The notes beneath the pieces were generated by a model, which was given only the letters and a program-made list of their open reading frames with translations, did no database searches and was not told the origin of the DNA. A program made the translations under genes and the position numbers. Positions 1-9,121 of a DNA stretch of 55,420 nt are shown here, in pieces. Source of the DNA: Planctomycetota bacterium. GTDB taxonomy: Bacteria; Planctomycetota; UBA1135; UBA2386. The stretch is from the NCBI GenBank assembly GCA_016794485.1, contig JAEUHV010000096.1, forward strand, positions 1 to 55,420, read 5' to 3'. Within the stretch, counting starts at the first letter, position 1, and each line of letters starts with the position of its first letter.

Positions 1-1965
1 CGCGGCGAAGTCGAGCAGGCGGCGGAAGCCGCTGCGAGCCGCTGGACGATCGCGCAGGGCCCGGATGTCGACGACGATCGAGTCGTACACCGACAGTTCG
101 GCAACCGCGAGATCGACATCGCTCAGCTGCGACCAGGCGACCCCGAGGCCGCCGACGCCCAACACTTCGGGCAGCGTGGCGTCGCGACTGCGCAGCAGGC
201 CGACGCGCAGGTCTTTCGGAATCGCGACGTCGACCTTGTGCACCGGCAACTCGACGCGATTCGCCCCGAGTCGGATGCGCAGCACGTCGGCACCCGGGAC
301 ACGATCCTTCGGCGCCGCCACGTCGAAGGCGATCCGGTCACTGCGCTGCGTTCGCAACGAAACCGAATGCCGATCTTGGGCCACCACGTAGCCCGCAGGG
401 CCACGGACCTCGAGTTCGCCCTCCACCGGAAATTGCGAATTGCGCACGACCCCGACGCTGAACTGCACCGACGCACGCGCCGACGGCAGCAGCAGCATTC
501 GCGGTACGACTTGAAGCTCGACCGGAGCGCGCTGTTCGACGGGGATCGGCAGCACTACCGGCACTTCGGTGCCCTCCACTGCCGCCAGGAACCGGAGACG
601 CACGGGAGGAACGAAACGCTCCGCCTGGAACCGGGCAGCCATCGGGTCCTCGCCCCCACCTGTGCTGTCCCCACGCGGCACCTGGACGACCACGGTGGTC
701 CGCTCGGCGGTGGTGAACGGTGGTGAATCGAGATCGGGCAGGGTGGCCGTCACCCCATCGAGCCCTTCGACCCGCCACGGCGGCGGGGCGCCCTTCACCG
801 TCAGGACTCGCACCGAAACGTCGAGGCTCTCGCCGGCAACGGCAACGACTCCTGGCGCCACGTCCACCTCGAATTGCACACCCACGAATGCCAGCAACAG
901 CGCCTCGAGGGATGCGATGCGTCGCTGCAGCCGGATGCGCACGTCGGCGCGTTGCGCGACGTCGGCCAGCGTGCGCAGTTCGGCGAGCACGGTGACCATC
1001 TCGGTGGCGACGGCGTCGTCGCCGTTCCGCACCCGCAGGGGAAGTTCACGCCGCAGCCAGGTTTCGAGTCCCTGCGCACGCGCGGCGGAACCAGGCCATC
1101 GCTCCGCGTCGAACACGCTTGGCAAGCCGAGCGGTCGATCCGCAGTGCTGGGCACCTTGTTGGGGAACTGCGGCTCGAACCGAAGCTCTCGTGGGAACAC
1201 GGTGTCGATCGGAGCGGGTGCTCCAGGGCTTCGGTGCGCTTGACTCAGGACGTCGTAGGCGAGCCGTCGGAGGGAGAGGCCAGTGCCTGGATCGAGACGA
1301 TCCGCATCGATCCGCACGGCATCGGCAGTGAGCATGCTGCCAGAGCCGAGAAGGAACATGCCGATGGAGTGTGGTTCGTTGCCATCCGCGAAGTTCGTGT
1401 CCGCCGCCATGCGGATCGCGGCAGGCAACAATTCGACCAAGGCCAGGTCGTGGCCATGTTGCTCCTCGGCGTGGTGGGTCGTCATGACCGCATCCGGTCG
1501 GATCCGGCGCAGCATGCTCGCCAGATCCAGCAGGGTCGCCTGCCTCCCCCACTCCGCAAAGGCCTCGTCCGCGGATCGCCGGTAGCCGAGGTCGGGCCGG
1601 TTGAGGTGCCAAACCTCGACGCCATACGGGCGGCAACCCGCTACCGCCTCCAAGGTCCTTATTCGCTCAAGCGAATCTCCAGACTCACTTCCCTGGCTGT
1701 TCTGTGCGCCTCCACCGCGCGAGGCCAGCAATACGTCCACCCGAAATCCGAGGGAGCGCCGCAGCCACGCCATGGGCAGCACATAGCGATCATCGGGGTG
1801 TGACGCGACCAACAGGACCAACGCGTCGGCACCGACATCGCGCAATGCCTGGTCGGTCGCCAACAACCCAACGCCGCTTCGAACCTCCGGACCCGCGACC
1901 GGGATCTGACTCGCTGCGGCCGCAACGAGTGCCAACCCGCAGCCGACGGCCATCAGCAGGCGCAT
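1..1965 (-). CDS. PIG-L/LmbE-family zinc deacetylase with a long C-terminal extension. Partial: the C-terminus lies beyond the left edge of the window.
   Basis: I translated the minus strand by hand from the ATG at 1965..1963. It gives 655 uninterrupted codons down to position 1. The N-terminus reads MRLLMAVGCGLALVAAAASQIPVAG. Motifs LVLLVASHPDDRYVLP and PDAVMTTHHAEEQHGHDLA match the AHPDD and H-x-x-H signatures of LmbE/PIG-L deacetylases. The gene is absent from the ORF track, presumably because no stop codon lies in the window. The plus-strand ORF 874..1803 is its antisense shadow. The start overlaps the upstream stop (TGATG). Confidence 0.7.
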   Translation of the reverse strand, partial: MRLLMAVGCGLALVAAAASQIPVAGPEVRSGVGLLATDQALRDVGADALVLLVASHPDDRYVLPMAWLRRSLGFRVDVLLASRGGGAQNSQGSESGDSLERIRTLEAVAGCRPYGVEVWHLNRPDLGYRRSADEAFAEWGRQATLLDLASMLRRIRPDAVMTTHHAEEQHGHDLALVELLPAAIRMAADTNFADGNEPHSIGMFLLGSGSMLTADAVRIDADRLDPGTGLSLRRLAYDVLSQAHRSPGAPAPIDTVFPRELRFEPQFPNKVPSTADRPLGLPSVFDAERWPGSAARAQGLETWLRRELPLRVRNGDDAVATEMVTVLAELRTLADVAQRADVRIRLQRRIASLEALLLAFVGVQFEVDVAPGVVAVAGESLDVSVRVLTVKGAPPPWRVEGLDGVTATLPDLDSPPFTTAERTTVVVQVPRGDSTGGGEDPMAARFQAERFVPPVRLRFLAAVEGTEVPVVLPIPVEQRAPVELQVVPRMLLLPSARASVQFSVGVVRNSQFPVEGELEVRGPAGYVVAQDRHSVSLRTQRSDRIAFDVAAPKDRVPGADVLRIRLGANRVELPVHKVDVAIPKDLRVGLLRSRDATLPEVLGVGGLGVAWSQLSDVDLAVAELSVYDSIVVDIRALRDRPAARSGFRRLLDFAA

Positions 1966-2705
1966 CAGACGCCCAAGGACAAACGGTTGGCCAGGACCTC
2001 CGGCAGTCCAGCCTCGCGGATCTTCCTCTGGACGCCCGCGATGTCGTAGTGCACGCGCTTGACCCAGGCCATTTCCAGGTCGGTATCGACGAGACCGTAG
2101 GCTGCCCGAGGGTCTTCGTCGCGTGGCTGGCCAACACTGCCCACGTTCATCAACACCCGATCGAAACCTCGAAAGGAAACCTCGATCTCGGACTGTTGCG
2201 GCACCTGCACCGGGTGCGGGTCCGCAGCGTTCCGCATGTAGATCGCTGGAACGTGCGAATGGCCGACGAAGCACAAGCGCGTGTCTTGCTGCTCCAGGGA
2301 GTCGGTCGCCTCAACCTGGCTGATCACGTAACCAAACTGGTCAGGCATGTGCAGGGAGCCATGCACAACGGTGAACGGCGGTCGCTTGACGACCAGCTCC
2401 AGGCTGCGCAAAAACTGCAGGTCGCTGGGCCGCATTCGGGGCGTGGTCCAGTGGATCGCGGCACGGGCAAAGTTGTTGAAGTACGAAGTATCCAACAGGC
2501 CCAGCACGGCGGCATCGTGGTTCCCCAGACAGGTCACACAGCCAAGTTCGCGCACCATGTCGATGCAGACGGAAGGCTCGGGTCCATATCCAACGATGTC
2601 CCCCACCTGCACCCAGGTGTCGACCTGGTCGCGCCGCAACGCCGCGACGACCGCACGAAGCGCCTCGGCATTGCCGTGAATATCGCCGAGGATACCAATT
2701 CTCAT
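1965..2705 (-). CDS. Calcineurin-like metallophosphoesterase (YfcE/MJ0936-type)
   Basis: The 246-aa product carries the metallophosphoesterase motifs GDIHGN, GDIVGYG, GNHD and GHSH. It is translationally coupled on both sides, with an ATGA overlap at 2702..2705 and a TGATG overlap at 1963..1967. Confidence 0.9.
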   Translation of the reverse strand: MRIGILGDIHGNAEALRAVVAALRRDQVDTWVQVGDIVGYGPEPSVCIDMVRELGCVTCLGNHDAAVLGLLDTSYFNNFARAAIHWTTPRMRPSDLQFLRSLELVVKRPPFTVVHGSLHMPDQFGYVISQVEATDSLEQQDTRLCFVGHSHVPAIYMRNAADPHPVQVPQQSEIEVSFRGFDRVLMNVGSVGQPRDEDPRAAYGLVDTDLEMAWVKRVHYDIAGVQRKIREAGLPEVLANRLSLGV

Positions 2706-3301
2706 TTGCCGCCTGCAGCTGTCTTCAGGGCTGGAACCAAAGCCGCCACCGTGGCCGCGATACTAGCGGTGAGCCACGACCAGGAACAGCCATCGGACCG
2801 AAGTCGTGCTCCCAAGACGGCGGCAAGCAGCACCTGAACCAACACGTTGAGGATGCTCGACAGCGATGCTCGGTTGTTCGTGGCAGCGGACAGCGCCACG
2901 CCGGCGTTGGCAAGCCAGAAGCAACCAGAGGATCGGAAGAACTCTTGACCCTCCCATGACTGGCGACGAACCCCATCGACAACCAACGGGATCAACGCCT
3001 GCACGGTCGCCAACGACAACGTGAGCAGGACCGCCGTCGCGACCATCGTCCACCGGTTGCGGCTAGCCGGTAGTTGAAGACCAAGCAACAGGAGCACGGA
3101 GGCGCCGCCAAACCAACTCGCGTCCCCAACCAGGTGAACCCCGAAAGTTCGCAGCAGCAGCGGTTCTTGCACGGCCGCGATTGCAGAGAAGCTGACCATG
3201 GCCGCCCACGGCAACAACCCTGCGGAGCGCAACGCCACAACCACGTGAAGTCGGACTTGGCGGAGGCTCGGCAACACGCTGACCTGCGACTGCTGGAACA
3301 C
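2702..3301 (-). CDS. Hypothetical polytopic membrane protein
   Basis: The 199-aa product has several hydrophobic helices, for example SVLLLLGLQLP, MVATAVLLTLSLATVQALIPLVV and LNVLVQVLLAAVLGA. It is the first gene of a minus-strand operon. The start at 3301 is GTG, and an internal ATG (MVSFSAI...) is an alternative. Confidence 0.55.
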   Translation of the reverse strand: MFQQSQVSVLPSLRQVRLHVVVALRSAGLLPWAAMVSFSAIAAVQEPLLLRTFGVHLVGDASWFGGASVLLLLGLQLPASRNRWTMVATAVLLTLSLATVQALIPLVVDGVRRQSWEGQEFFRSSGCFWLANAGVALSAATNNRASLSSILNVLVQVLLAAVLGARLRSDGCSWSWLTASIAATVAALVPALKTAAGGK

Positions 3302-3408
3302 GGCAGTAGATTTCCAGTTCTCGGCGAGTCAGCAGATAGCTACCATGCCTGAAGCAACGCGCCAAGCATGAGATCTCGTGCTTCGCGAACGAACTACACG
3401 GGCGGACT

Positions 3409-4122
3409 GTGCGATCGATCGCTTTGGCAAACCAGAAGGGCGGCGTCGGCAAGACGACAACGGCGATCCATCTCGCCCATGGCCTTGCCCTGGCAGGCCA
3501 TCGGGTGGTGTTGTTCGACCTGGATCCGCAGGGCAACGCTACCGTTGCCGTGCAGGCGATGGCAGAGAACGCAACCGTGGATCCAGAGCTGTTCGGATTG
3601 TTGCGGCTAGATTGCGGTTTGTGGCTGCTGCCGAGCTCTGGCGCAGCAGCGGCGAATCGTCAGGCGACGATCGACGTCGGTCGACTGCAGGATCTCGTGC
3701 GAGAACTCGAACCAGCCGTCGACTGGCTCGTAGTCGACTGCCCACCACGGATGGACGAGTGGGGTTGGGCCGGGGTACAAGTCGCGGACGAAGTCGTTGT
3801 GCCGGTGCAGGCTGAGTTCTTCGCCATGCACGGTCTGTCCCAGATGCTCGAGTCACTGGCAGCAGCGTCGAGCCAGTTTCCCGGCAAGGCTAGATTGCGC
3901 GGCGTGCTTCCGACCATGGTGAACTACCAGGAGCCCGTTTCGCTCGAGATCTTGGCCGACCTACGGGTCAACCTCGGGAGTCGGTTGCTCCAATCCGTTA
4001 TCGTGCGGGATCCAAGCCTGGTCGAAGCCGCAAGCTTCGGTCGCTCCGTGTTCCAACACAGTCCGTTCTCGAAGAGTGCTCTCTGCTACGCCGAGCTGGT
4101 GAAGGAGATTCAGGATGGTTGA
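3409..4122 (+). CDS. parA: Chromosome partitioning ATPase ParA/Soj
   Basis: The sequence MRSIALANQKGGVGKTTT contains the deviant Walker A motif. LFDLDPQGNAT and VVVDCPP follow. The start is GTG, and the 3' end overlaps parB by 8 nt. Confidence 0.95.
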   Translation: MRSIALANQKGGVGKTTTAIHLAHGLALAGHRVVLFDLDPQGNATVAVQAMAENATVDPELFGLLRLDCGLWLLPSSGAAAANRQATIDVGRLQDLVRELEPAVDWLVVDCPPRMDEWGWAGVQVADEVVVPVQAEFFAMHGLSQMLESLAAASSQFPGKARLRGVLPTMVNYQEPVSLEILADLRVNLGSRLLQSVIVRDPSLVEAASFGRSVFQHSPFSKSALCYAELVKEIQDG

Positions 4123-5038
4123 TCGTCGTCTTGGTCGAGGTCTCGACTTCTTTCTCTCGGGAGGCAAGACACCTGCCGCCCAACCCGCGTCAACAACCCC
4201 ACCCTCGGCAGTACCCACGCGGGAGGTGGAGCAGCGACAAGCCGGCGACGAGGTCTTGCAGGCGGAGGTTGCGAGCCTTGTCGTCAACCCTTACCAGCCA
4301 CGCAAGGAGATCCACGAGGCTGAACTTGCAGAGTTGGCGGAGTCGATTCGCGCAAGTGGCATTCTGCAGCCAATCCTGGCACGCCGTGTCGGTGACAAGC
4401 TGGAGATCATCGCGGGGGAGCGTCGATGGCGCGCGGCGCAATTGGCCGGCCTGACCAAAGTGCCCGTCCTGGTTCGCAGTGTCAGCGACCAAGATTCCGC
4501 GGTGTTCGCGTTGGTTGAGAACCTCCAGCGCGAGGACCTCAACGCGATGGAGAAGGCGCAGGGCTTCAAGCTTCTGCTGACAACGCTGAACACGACCCAG
4601 GAGGGTGTCGCCAAGAAGGTCGGGCTCGACCGCACCACGGTGACCAACTTCCTTCGCCTGCTCGACCTTCCCACTGAGGTGCAGGCGCATGTTTCACGTG
4701 GAACACTGTCGATGGGCCACGCTCGGTGCCTGCTCGCCCTGGGTGACAACGAGACCATCACGCAGGTTGCGGACGAGTCGATCAAGCAAGCTTGGTCAGT
4801 ACGCGCCCTAGAAGCCAGGGTCAAAGAAGCCCTCGAGGCGTCGAAGGGACAGCCGGCGGGAACGGCGGGCAAGTCCAAGGCCAGGCCGGTTTGGCTGAAC
4901 GAGCTGGAAGAGAGCCTTGTCGAGGCTCTCGGCACCCCAGTGCAGATCCGCTACGGCCGAAAGCGCAGCCAGATCATCATCGACTGTGGCGGCCGGGAGG
5001 AGTTCGAGCGCGTCTTCCAACGCCTCAAGAACGCGTAA
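4115..5038 (+). CDS. parB: Chromosome partitioning protein ParB/Spo0J
   Basis: RGLDFFL, the ParB box GERRWRAA, an HTH region and ENLQREDLN are present. A GAAGGAG ribosome-binding site lies at 4101..4107. The gene contains a parS site. Confidence 0.95.
   Translation: MVDRRLGRGLDFFLSGGKTPAAQPASTTPPSAVPTREVEQRQAGDEVLQAEVASLVVNPYQPRKEIHEAELAELAESIRASGILQPILARRVGDKLEIIAGERRWRAAQLAGLTKVPVLVRSVSDQDSAVFALVENLQREDLNAMEKAQGFKLLLTTLNTTQEGVAKKVGLDRTTVTNFLRLLDLPTEVQAHVSRGTLSMGHARCLLALGDNETITQVADESIKQAWSVRALEARVKEALEASKGQPAGTAGKSKARPVWLNELEESLVEALGTPVQIRYGRKRSQIIIDCGGREEFERVFQRLKNA
4690..4705. promoter_or_regulatory. parS: parS centromere-like site
   Basis: The sequence is TGTTTCACGTGGAACA. Its reverse complement, TGTTCCACGTGAAACA, is the canonical 16-bp parS. 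It lies inside the parB coding sequence, as does the parS inside B. subtilis spo0J. Confidence 0.8.
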
Positions 5039-5063
5039 GCCAAAGGCATCCAGCTGGAAACGA

Positions 5064-5089
5064 AACGAGGCGCCCATGGGCGCCTCGTT
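5064..5089. terminator. Bidirectional hairpin terminator between convergent genes
   Basis: A perfect 11-bp inverted repeat, AACGAGGCGCC-CATG-GGCGCCTCGTT, lies between the parB stop (5038) and the stop of the minus-strand PPIase-like gene (5114). Confidence 0.7.
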
Positions 5090-5113
5090 CATGTACGGAG
5101 CAAACTTGGGTGG

Positions 5114-6289
5114 CTACTTCACGACCGTGACCGAGGTCACGCGGATGTTCTCGCTGGGTCGGCCTTGGCCCTGTTCTTCTTCCGTCGCGGTCATCGTCGA
5201 CTCGCACACCTTCTTGAGGTTGTCGATGCCTTCGACGACGAAGCCGACGATCACGCGTTCTCCATCATTGGCCGGTGCATCATCCAGGTTGATCCAGAAG
5301 CGGTCGGCGCACGACTTTCCATCAGCTTCGGCACGCGCCGAAACCGCCCCGGCGAAGTGCGACAGGGTGTTCTTTTCGATGTCGAGCTGGTTCTTGCTCG
5401 GCTCGGTATCCGACCACTTGGTCCGGTCATCGTCCTTGGTCGATTCGAAGCCAAGGTGCAGCTCATGGGGGCGCTTCGAGTTCTTGGTGGGCCGGCGAAT
5501 CTGGTCGATTGCGATGCCCTTCCAGAAGCTCCCTTCTTGGCTCGCCACGAGCTTCAGGATCGCCTCCCGGTGCTTGGCGGCCTCCGGCATCAGGGCCATG
5601 ACGAACGACGTGTTGTTCGACAGCTCCCACTTCAGCTTGGTTGCATCGGCCGGCACGGCGACCTTGGCGAAGTGCGCCGGCGCCTGGAAGGCCTTTGCAG
5701 CAGCAATCTCTTCCCGCATCCGCTGGACCTGGCTTCCCGCCACCGCCGGCTTGAACTCAGGCTTCTTCTGGTCGTTGGGCTTCGGCTTGTCCTTCGACTT
5801 GTCCTTGATCTCATCACGCGCCTGGACCGGGTGCGAACTCGACTTGACCAAGATGTGGTTTGGGTAGGCCTTTTCGAGGTCGGCCAGCGTGGCTTCCGCG
5901 GCCGCCCAGTCCTTGTCCTGGACCGCCTTCCGAGCGATCGCCAACATCAGGTAGGGCTTCACAGAGGCTGGCGCCGTGCCGACCGCAGCTTTCAGCTTTG
6001 CCGAATCCACCGTCGCCAAGCAATCGGTGGCGCTATACCACGACTTCGATTGATCGGTGTAAGTCGCCTCAATTCCAAGGCTTGTGTAAACCTCCGTGAG
6101 CGCGGCGTCGACCTTCTTGCCTTCGTAGTACTGCCAAGCGTATTTGGCTCCGAGGGCGCCGACTACGACCAGGAGGATGACGGTGAACAGGGAGCGCCAC
6201 CGTTCCCAGAACAGCTCGATCTGGCTAGGGGCCTGCGTGCCCTGGGGCGCGGTGGTGCCGGAAACGGTCGGCGTCGGATTGGCGGACAT
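5114..6289 (-). CDS. Membrane-anchored protein with a C-terminal cyclophilin-type peptidyl-prolyl isomerase-like domain
   Basis: I trimmed the track ORF 5114..6541 to the ATG at 6289 (MSANPTPTV...). The upstream 84 codons are R/G/H-rich and overlap the next gene. There is one N-terminal TM helix (LFTVILLVVVGALGA). The C-terminus (HFAGAVSARAEADGKSCADRFWINLDDAPANDGERVIVGFVVEGIDNL) resembles the cyclophilin core. Confidence 0.6.
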   Translation of the reverse strand: MSANPTPTVSGTTAPQGTQAPSQIELFWERWRSLFTVILLVVVGALGAKYAWQYYEGKKVDAALTEVYTSLGIEATYTDQSKSWYSATDCLATVDSAKLKAAVGTAPASVKPYLMLAIARKAVQDKDWAAAEATLADLEKAYPNHILVKSSSHPVQARDEIKDKSKDKPKPNDQKKPEFKPAVAGSQVQRMREEIAAAKAFQAPAHFAKVAVPADATKLKWELSNNTSFVMALMPEAAKHREAILKLVASQEGSFWKGIAIDQIRRPTKNSKRPHELHLGFESTKDDDRTKWSDTEPSKNQLDIEKNTLSHFAGAVSARAEADGKSCADRFWINLDDAPANDGERVIVGFVVEGIDNLKKVCESTMTATEEEQGQGRPSENIRVTSVTVVK

Positions 6290-6303
6290 GCTGATCTCAG
6301 GAA

Positions 6304-6714
6304 TTACTGGCGCGAGTGGTTGGTGGTGTAGTCGACGACCATGGTGGTCGACCCTTCGGCCCGAGTGAACGCATACTCGGCTCGGTAGATGCCGCGCTCG
6401 AAGCGGAGGCGCAACCCCGCCTCCTGGGTTTGCTCGTCCTGGACCTTGGTCCACTTGTGCTGCGGCATGCGCTCGCGCACGTAGTTCGCTGCGGCAGCCA
6501 CGTCGATCTGGCCGCTGTAGACGAAGTGCCCCTGGCGCCACCCGGATTCATCGCGCGAGTAGCTTTCGTTCGCTTCATCGCGCAGGCGAAGCCCAGAGGG
6601 AACCACGACGTCCTGGAACTGGACGGCCGAGGCCCCGGCATCGTTGGGATCGGTGGCACACGCAGCGAACAGGCAGCTCAGCGCGCCAAGGGCCGAGGCT
6701 CGGAGCAACGACAT
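6304..6714 (-). CDS. Hypothetical lipoprotein
   Basis: The 136-aa product has a signal peptide with lipobox LFAAC (MSLLRASALGALSCLFAAC|ATD). Confidence 0.65.
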   Translation of the reverse strand: MSLLRASALGALSCLFAACATDPNDAGASAVQFQDVVVPSGLRLRDEANESYSRDESGWRQGHFVYSGQIDVAAAANYVRERMPQHKWTKVQDEQTQEAGLRLRFERGIYRAEYAFTRAEGSTTMVVDYTTNHSRQ

Positions 6715-6894
6715 GGTTCTTCGGTGGGTAGTCTGGGGAAAGGGGGCGAGAGTCTAGCTCGGCCACGTGAGACAGGCAACGCCGGCGAAATCAAGGTCCA
6801 ACTTGCCAGTGGCAGGGGGCAGTTCCGCAGCGCCTGGGCACCGCCTACACTCCGCCCGCCCTGACGCCGCCGCGGCGTCTGGAGACGCCCACGC

Positions 6895-7515
6895 ATGCGC
6901 GCCACCCACCCGACACGGCGGAACGAACTGCTCGAGCGCGCGACGCTCGTGCTCAACCGGTCGTGGCGGCCGGTACACGTCACCACGGTTCGTCGGGCCC
7001 TGTGCATGGTGTTTCGCGAAGCGGCGCGCATCGTCTGCCCCGAGTCGCTGTCCACGTTCACGTTCGAAGAGTGGATCGAACAGCCCGTGCCCGATCCCGC
7101 GCGCGCCATCCGTTCGCCGAGCATCGCCATTGCCGTGCCCGAGGTGGTGCTGCTGGCTCGATACGACAGGATCCCGTGCCACGAAGCGCCGTTCACCCGG
7201 CGCAACCTGTTCCTGCGCGACGACTACACCTGCCAGTACTGTGGCCGCCGCTGCACCACGGACCACCTCAGTGTCGACCATGTCCTGCCACGCTCCCGCG
7301 GCGGCAGCACGTCGTGGGAGAACTGCGTGCTGGCCTGTGTCGGCTGCAATGCCCGCAAAGCCGACCGCACGCTGAAGGAAACCGGACTGCATTTGTTGCG
7401 GCCACCTGTTCGGCCGCGCTGGACGCCGTACTTGAACCTCCGCCCGAGCCAGCAGATGGACTCGTGGGCGCGCTTCGCACCCGAGCAAAAGCGGCGCAGT
7501 GCCAGCAGTTCCTGA
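6895..7515 (+). CDS. HNH endonuclease family protein
   Basis: The HNH/zinc-ribbon signature reads CQYCG...DHVLPRSRGGSTSWENCVLACVGCNARK. The N-terminal LVLNRSWRPV region is typical of stand-alone HNH proteins. Confidence 0.85.
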   Translation: MRATHPTRRNELLERATLVLNRSWRPVHVTTVRRALCMVFREAARIVCPESLSTFTFEEWIEQPVPDPARAIRSPSIAIAVPEVVLLARYDRIPCHEAPFTRRNLFLRDDYTCQYCGRRCTTDHLSVDHVLPRSRGGSTSWENCVLACVGCNARKADRTLKETGLHLLRPPVRPRWTPYLNLRPSQQMDSWARFAPEQKRRSASSS

Positions 7516-7564
7516 TCGCGCGACGTAACCGCGCAGCCACGCACCCACACGCACCGAGAACCTG

Positions 7565-8926
7565 ATGACTTCCTTGCTCCGAGTAGTGTTCGTCTTCTTC
7601 CTTTGCTTCACACCCTGCTTCGCGCAAGCCGCGAAACTGAAACAGGAACTCAAGGCCAAGGAGACCGCGGCGAAGAAGGACCCCGAGGCGATCTACGCGG
7701 TCGCGAAGTGGGCTGCGGAGAAATCGCTGCTCGACGACGCCAAGCGGCTCTACCAGGCCGTGCTGAAGGTCGCGCCCAACCACGAGGGTGCCAACGAAGC
7801 CCTCGGCAACCAGAACGTCGAAGGCAAGTGGCTGCCGGCCAAGGAAGCCGAGGCGCTGCGAAAGAAGGTCCAGGCTGCCGAGTTCGCCGCGAAGGGCATG
7901 GTCGACATCGGTGGCGTCTGGGTCGAGAAGGAGCTGGTCGACGATGCCAAGCGCGGCATCTTCCATCACGAGAAGGAGGCCGTGACGAAGGAGGAGAAGC
8001 TGCAGTTCCAGGCTGGCCGCGTGCGCCATCCCGACACCGGCGAGTTCATCGACCAGCGGCACCTCGAGAAAGCGAAGGGCGGCTACTACCAGATCGGCAG
8101 CGACCGCTGGGTCGACGTCAAGGAGGCCGACCAGTTCCACAGCGAACTCAAGCGCCCATGGCTCGTGCACGCCAACCACGGCCTGATCATCAGCACGCTG
8201 TCGCTGGCGAAGATCCAGGAGCTGCGCGTCTTCTTCGACCAGGGTGTCGACACCGTCGCGGTGCTGTTCGACGGCAAGATGCCCACGCCGGGCAATCGGC
8301 CGGTGGTGTGGATCGCCGCCACGGAAGCGGAATACCGCGAACTCGGCACCGCGTTCGGCGACGGCGCCGACGCGGCCGGCATGTTCCTGGTGGTGGAGGA
8401 GCGTCCGTTCTCGGTGCAGTACATCGGCGACACGCGTCCAGCCATCGTGATGAACGAGAAGGACTGGGGCTCGCGCTACGTGCGCCACGCCGCTGCGATG
8501 GCCTACGTGCACGGCCTGTCGGTCGACTCCGGCGTCGACCTGCCGATGTGGTTCGTGCACGGCGTAGGCAGCATGACCTCACGCTTCCAGACCGACGGCG
8601 ATGCCGGCTTCCTCGGCCGCGCGCACCAGCAACGAGGTGGCGTGCGCAACATGAAGGGCTTCTTCAGCGGCTTCGCGATCAGCGGCGACATGGAATCCAC
8701 CGCCATCGCCTACAGCCTCTACCAGGCTGGCCTGTGCCTCGCGTTCGCCACCAAGGGGGGCGAGGCAAAGGTGACCGAGGCCTACCAGGAGTTCGCCGGC
8801 CTGCTCACCGGGAAGACCAAGGGCAACGCCGAGAAGGCGATGACCAAGCTGCAGAATGCACTGATCGAGCACGAAGCCAAGATGGGCGCCTACCTGCAAC
8901 AGCTGGTCGCCAAGGCACCGCAGTAG
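7565..8926 (+). CDS. Secreted hypothetical protein
   Basis: The 453-aa product has the signal peptide MTSLLRVVFVFFLCFTPCFA|Q and coding-like composition. I recognised no family. Confidence 0.7.
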   Translation: MTSLLRVVFVFFLCFTPCFAQAAKLKQELKAKETAAKKDPEAIYAVAKWAAEKSLLDDAKRLYQAVLKVAPNHEGANEALGNQNVEGKWLPAKEAEALRKKVQAAEFAAKGMVDIGGVWVEKELVDDAKRGIFHHEKEAVTKEEKLQFQAGRVRHPDTGEFIDQRHLEKAKGGYYQIGSDRWVDVKEADQFHSELKRPWLVHANHGLIISTLSLAKIQELRVFFDQGVDTVAVLFDGKMPTPGNRPVVWIAATEAEYRELGTAFGDGADAAGMFLVVEERPFSVQYIGDTRPAIVMNEKDWGSRYVRHAAAMAYVHGLSVDSGVDLPMWFVHGVGSMTSRFQTDGDAGFLGRAHQQRGGVRNMKGFFSGFAISGDMESTAIAYSLYQAGLCLAFATKGGEAKVTEAYQEFAGLLTGKTKGNAEKAMTKLQNALIEHEAKMGAYLQQLVAKAPQ

Positions 8927-9121
8927 CGCGCCGATCGCGCCGATTTGGCCCCGATGCGACCTCGCCTCCGACGGGGTGCATCGGGTAGGACTCCGCCCTC
9001 CCTGGCCCGCTCGACCGGCCGGACCGTAGTGGCCGCGACAGGACCGGGACAGGGACCGTCCACTACGGACGCCAGCCCCGCAGCATCCGTGCGGGTGCCC
9101 TCCAACCCAGAACCAGATCCC

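Noticed and set aside
3302-3408. Possible oriC or DnaA-box cluster near parAB
   Set aside because: I saw no TTATCCACA-like boxes or AT-rich unwinding element by eye in this or the neighbouring intergenic regions. No dnaA or dnaN gene is in the window.
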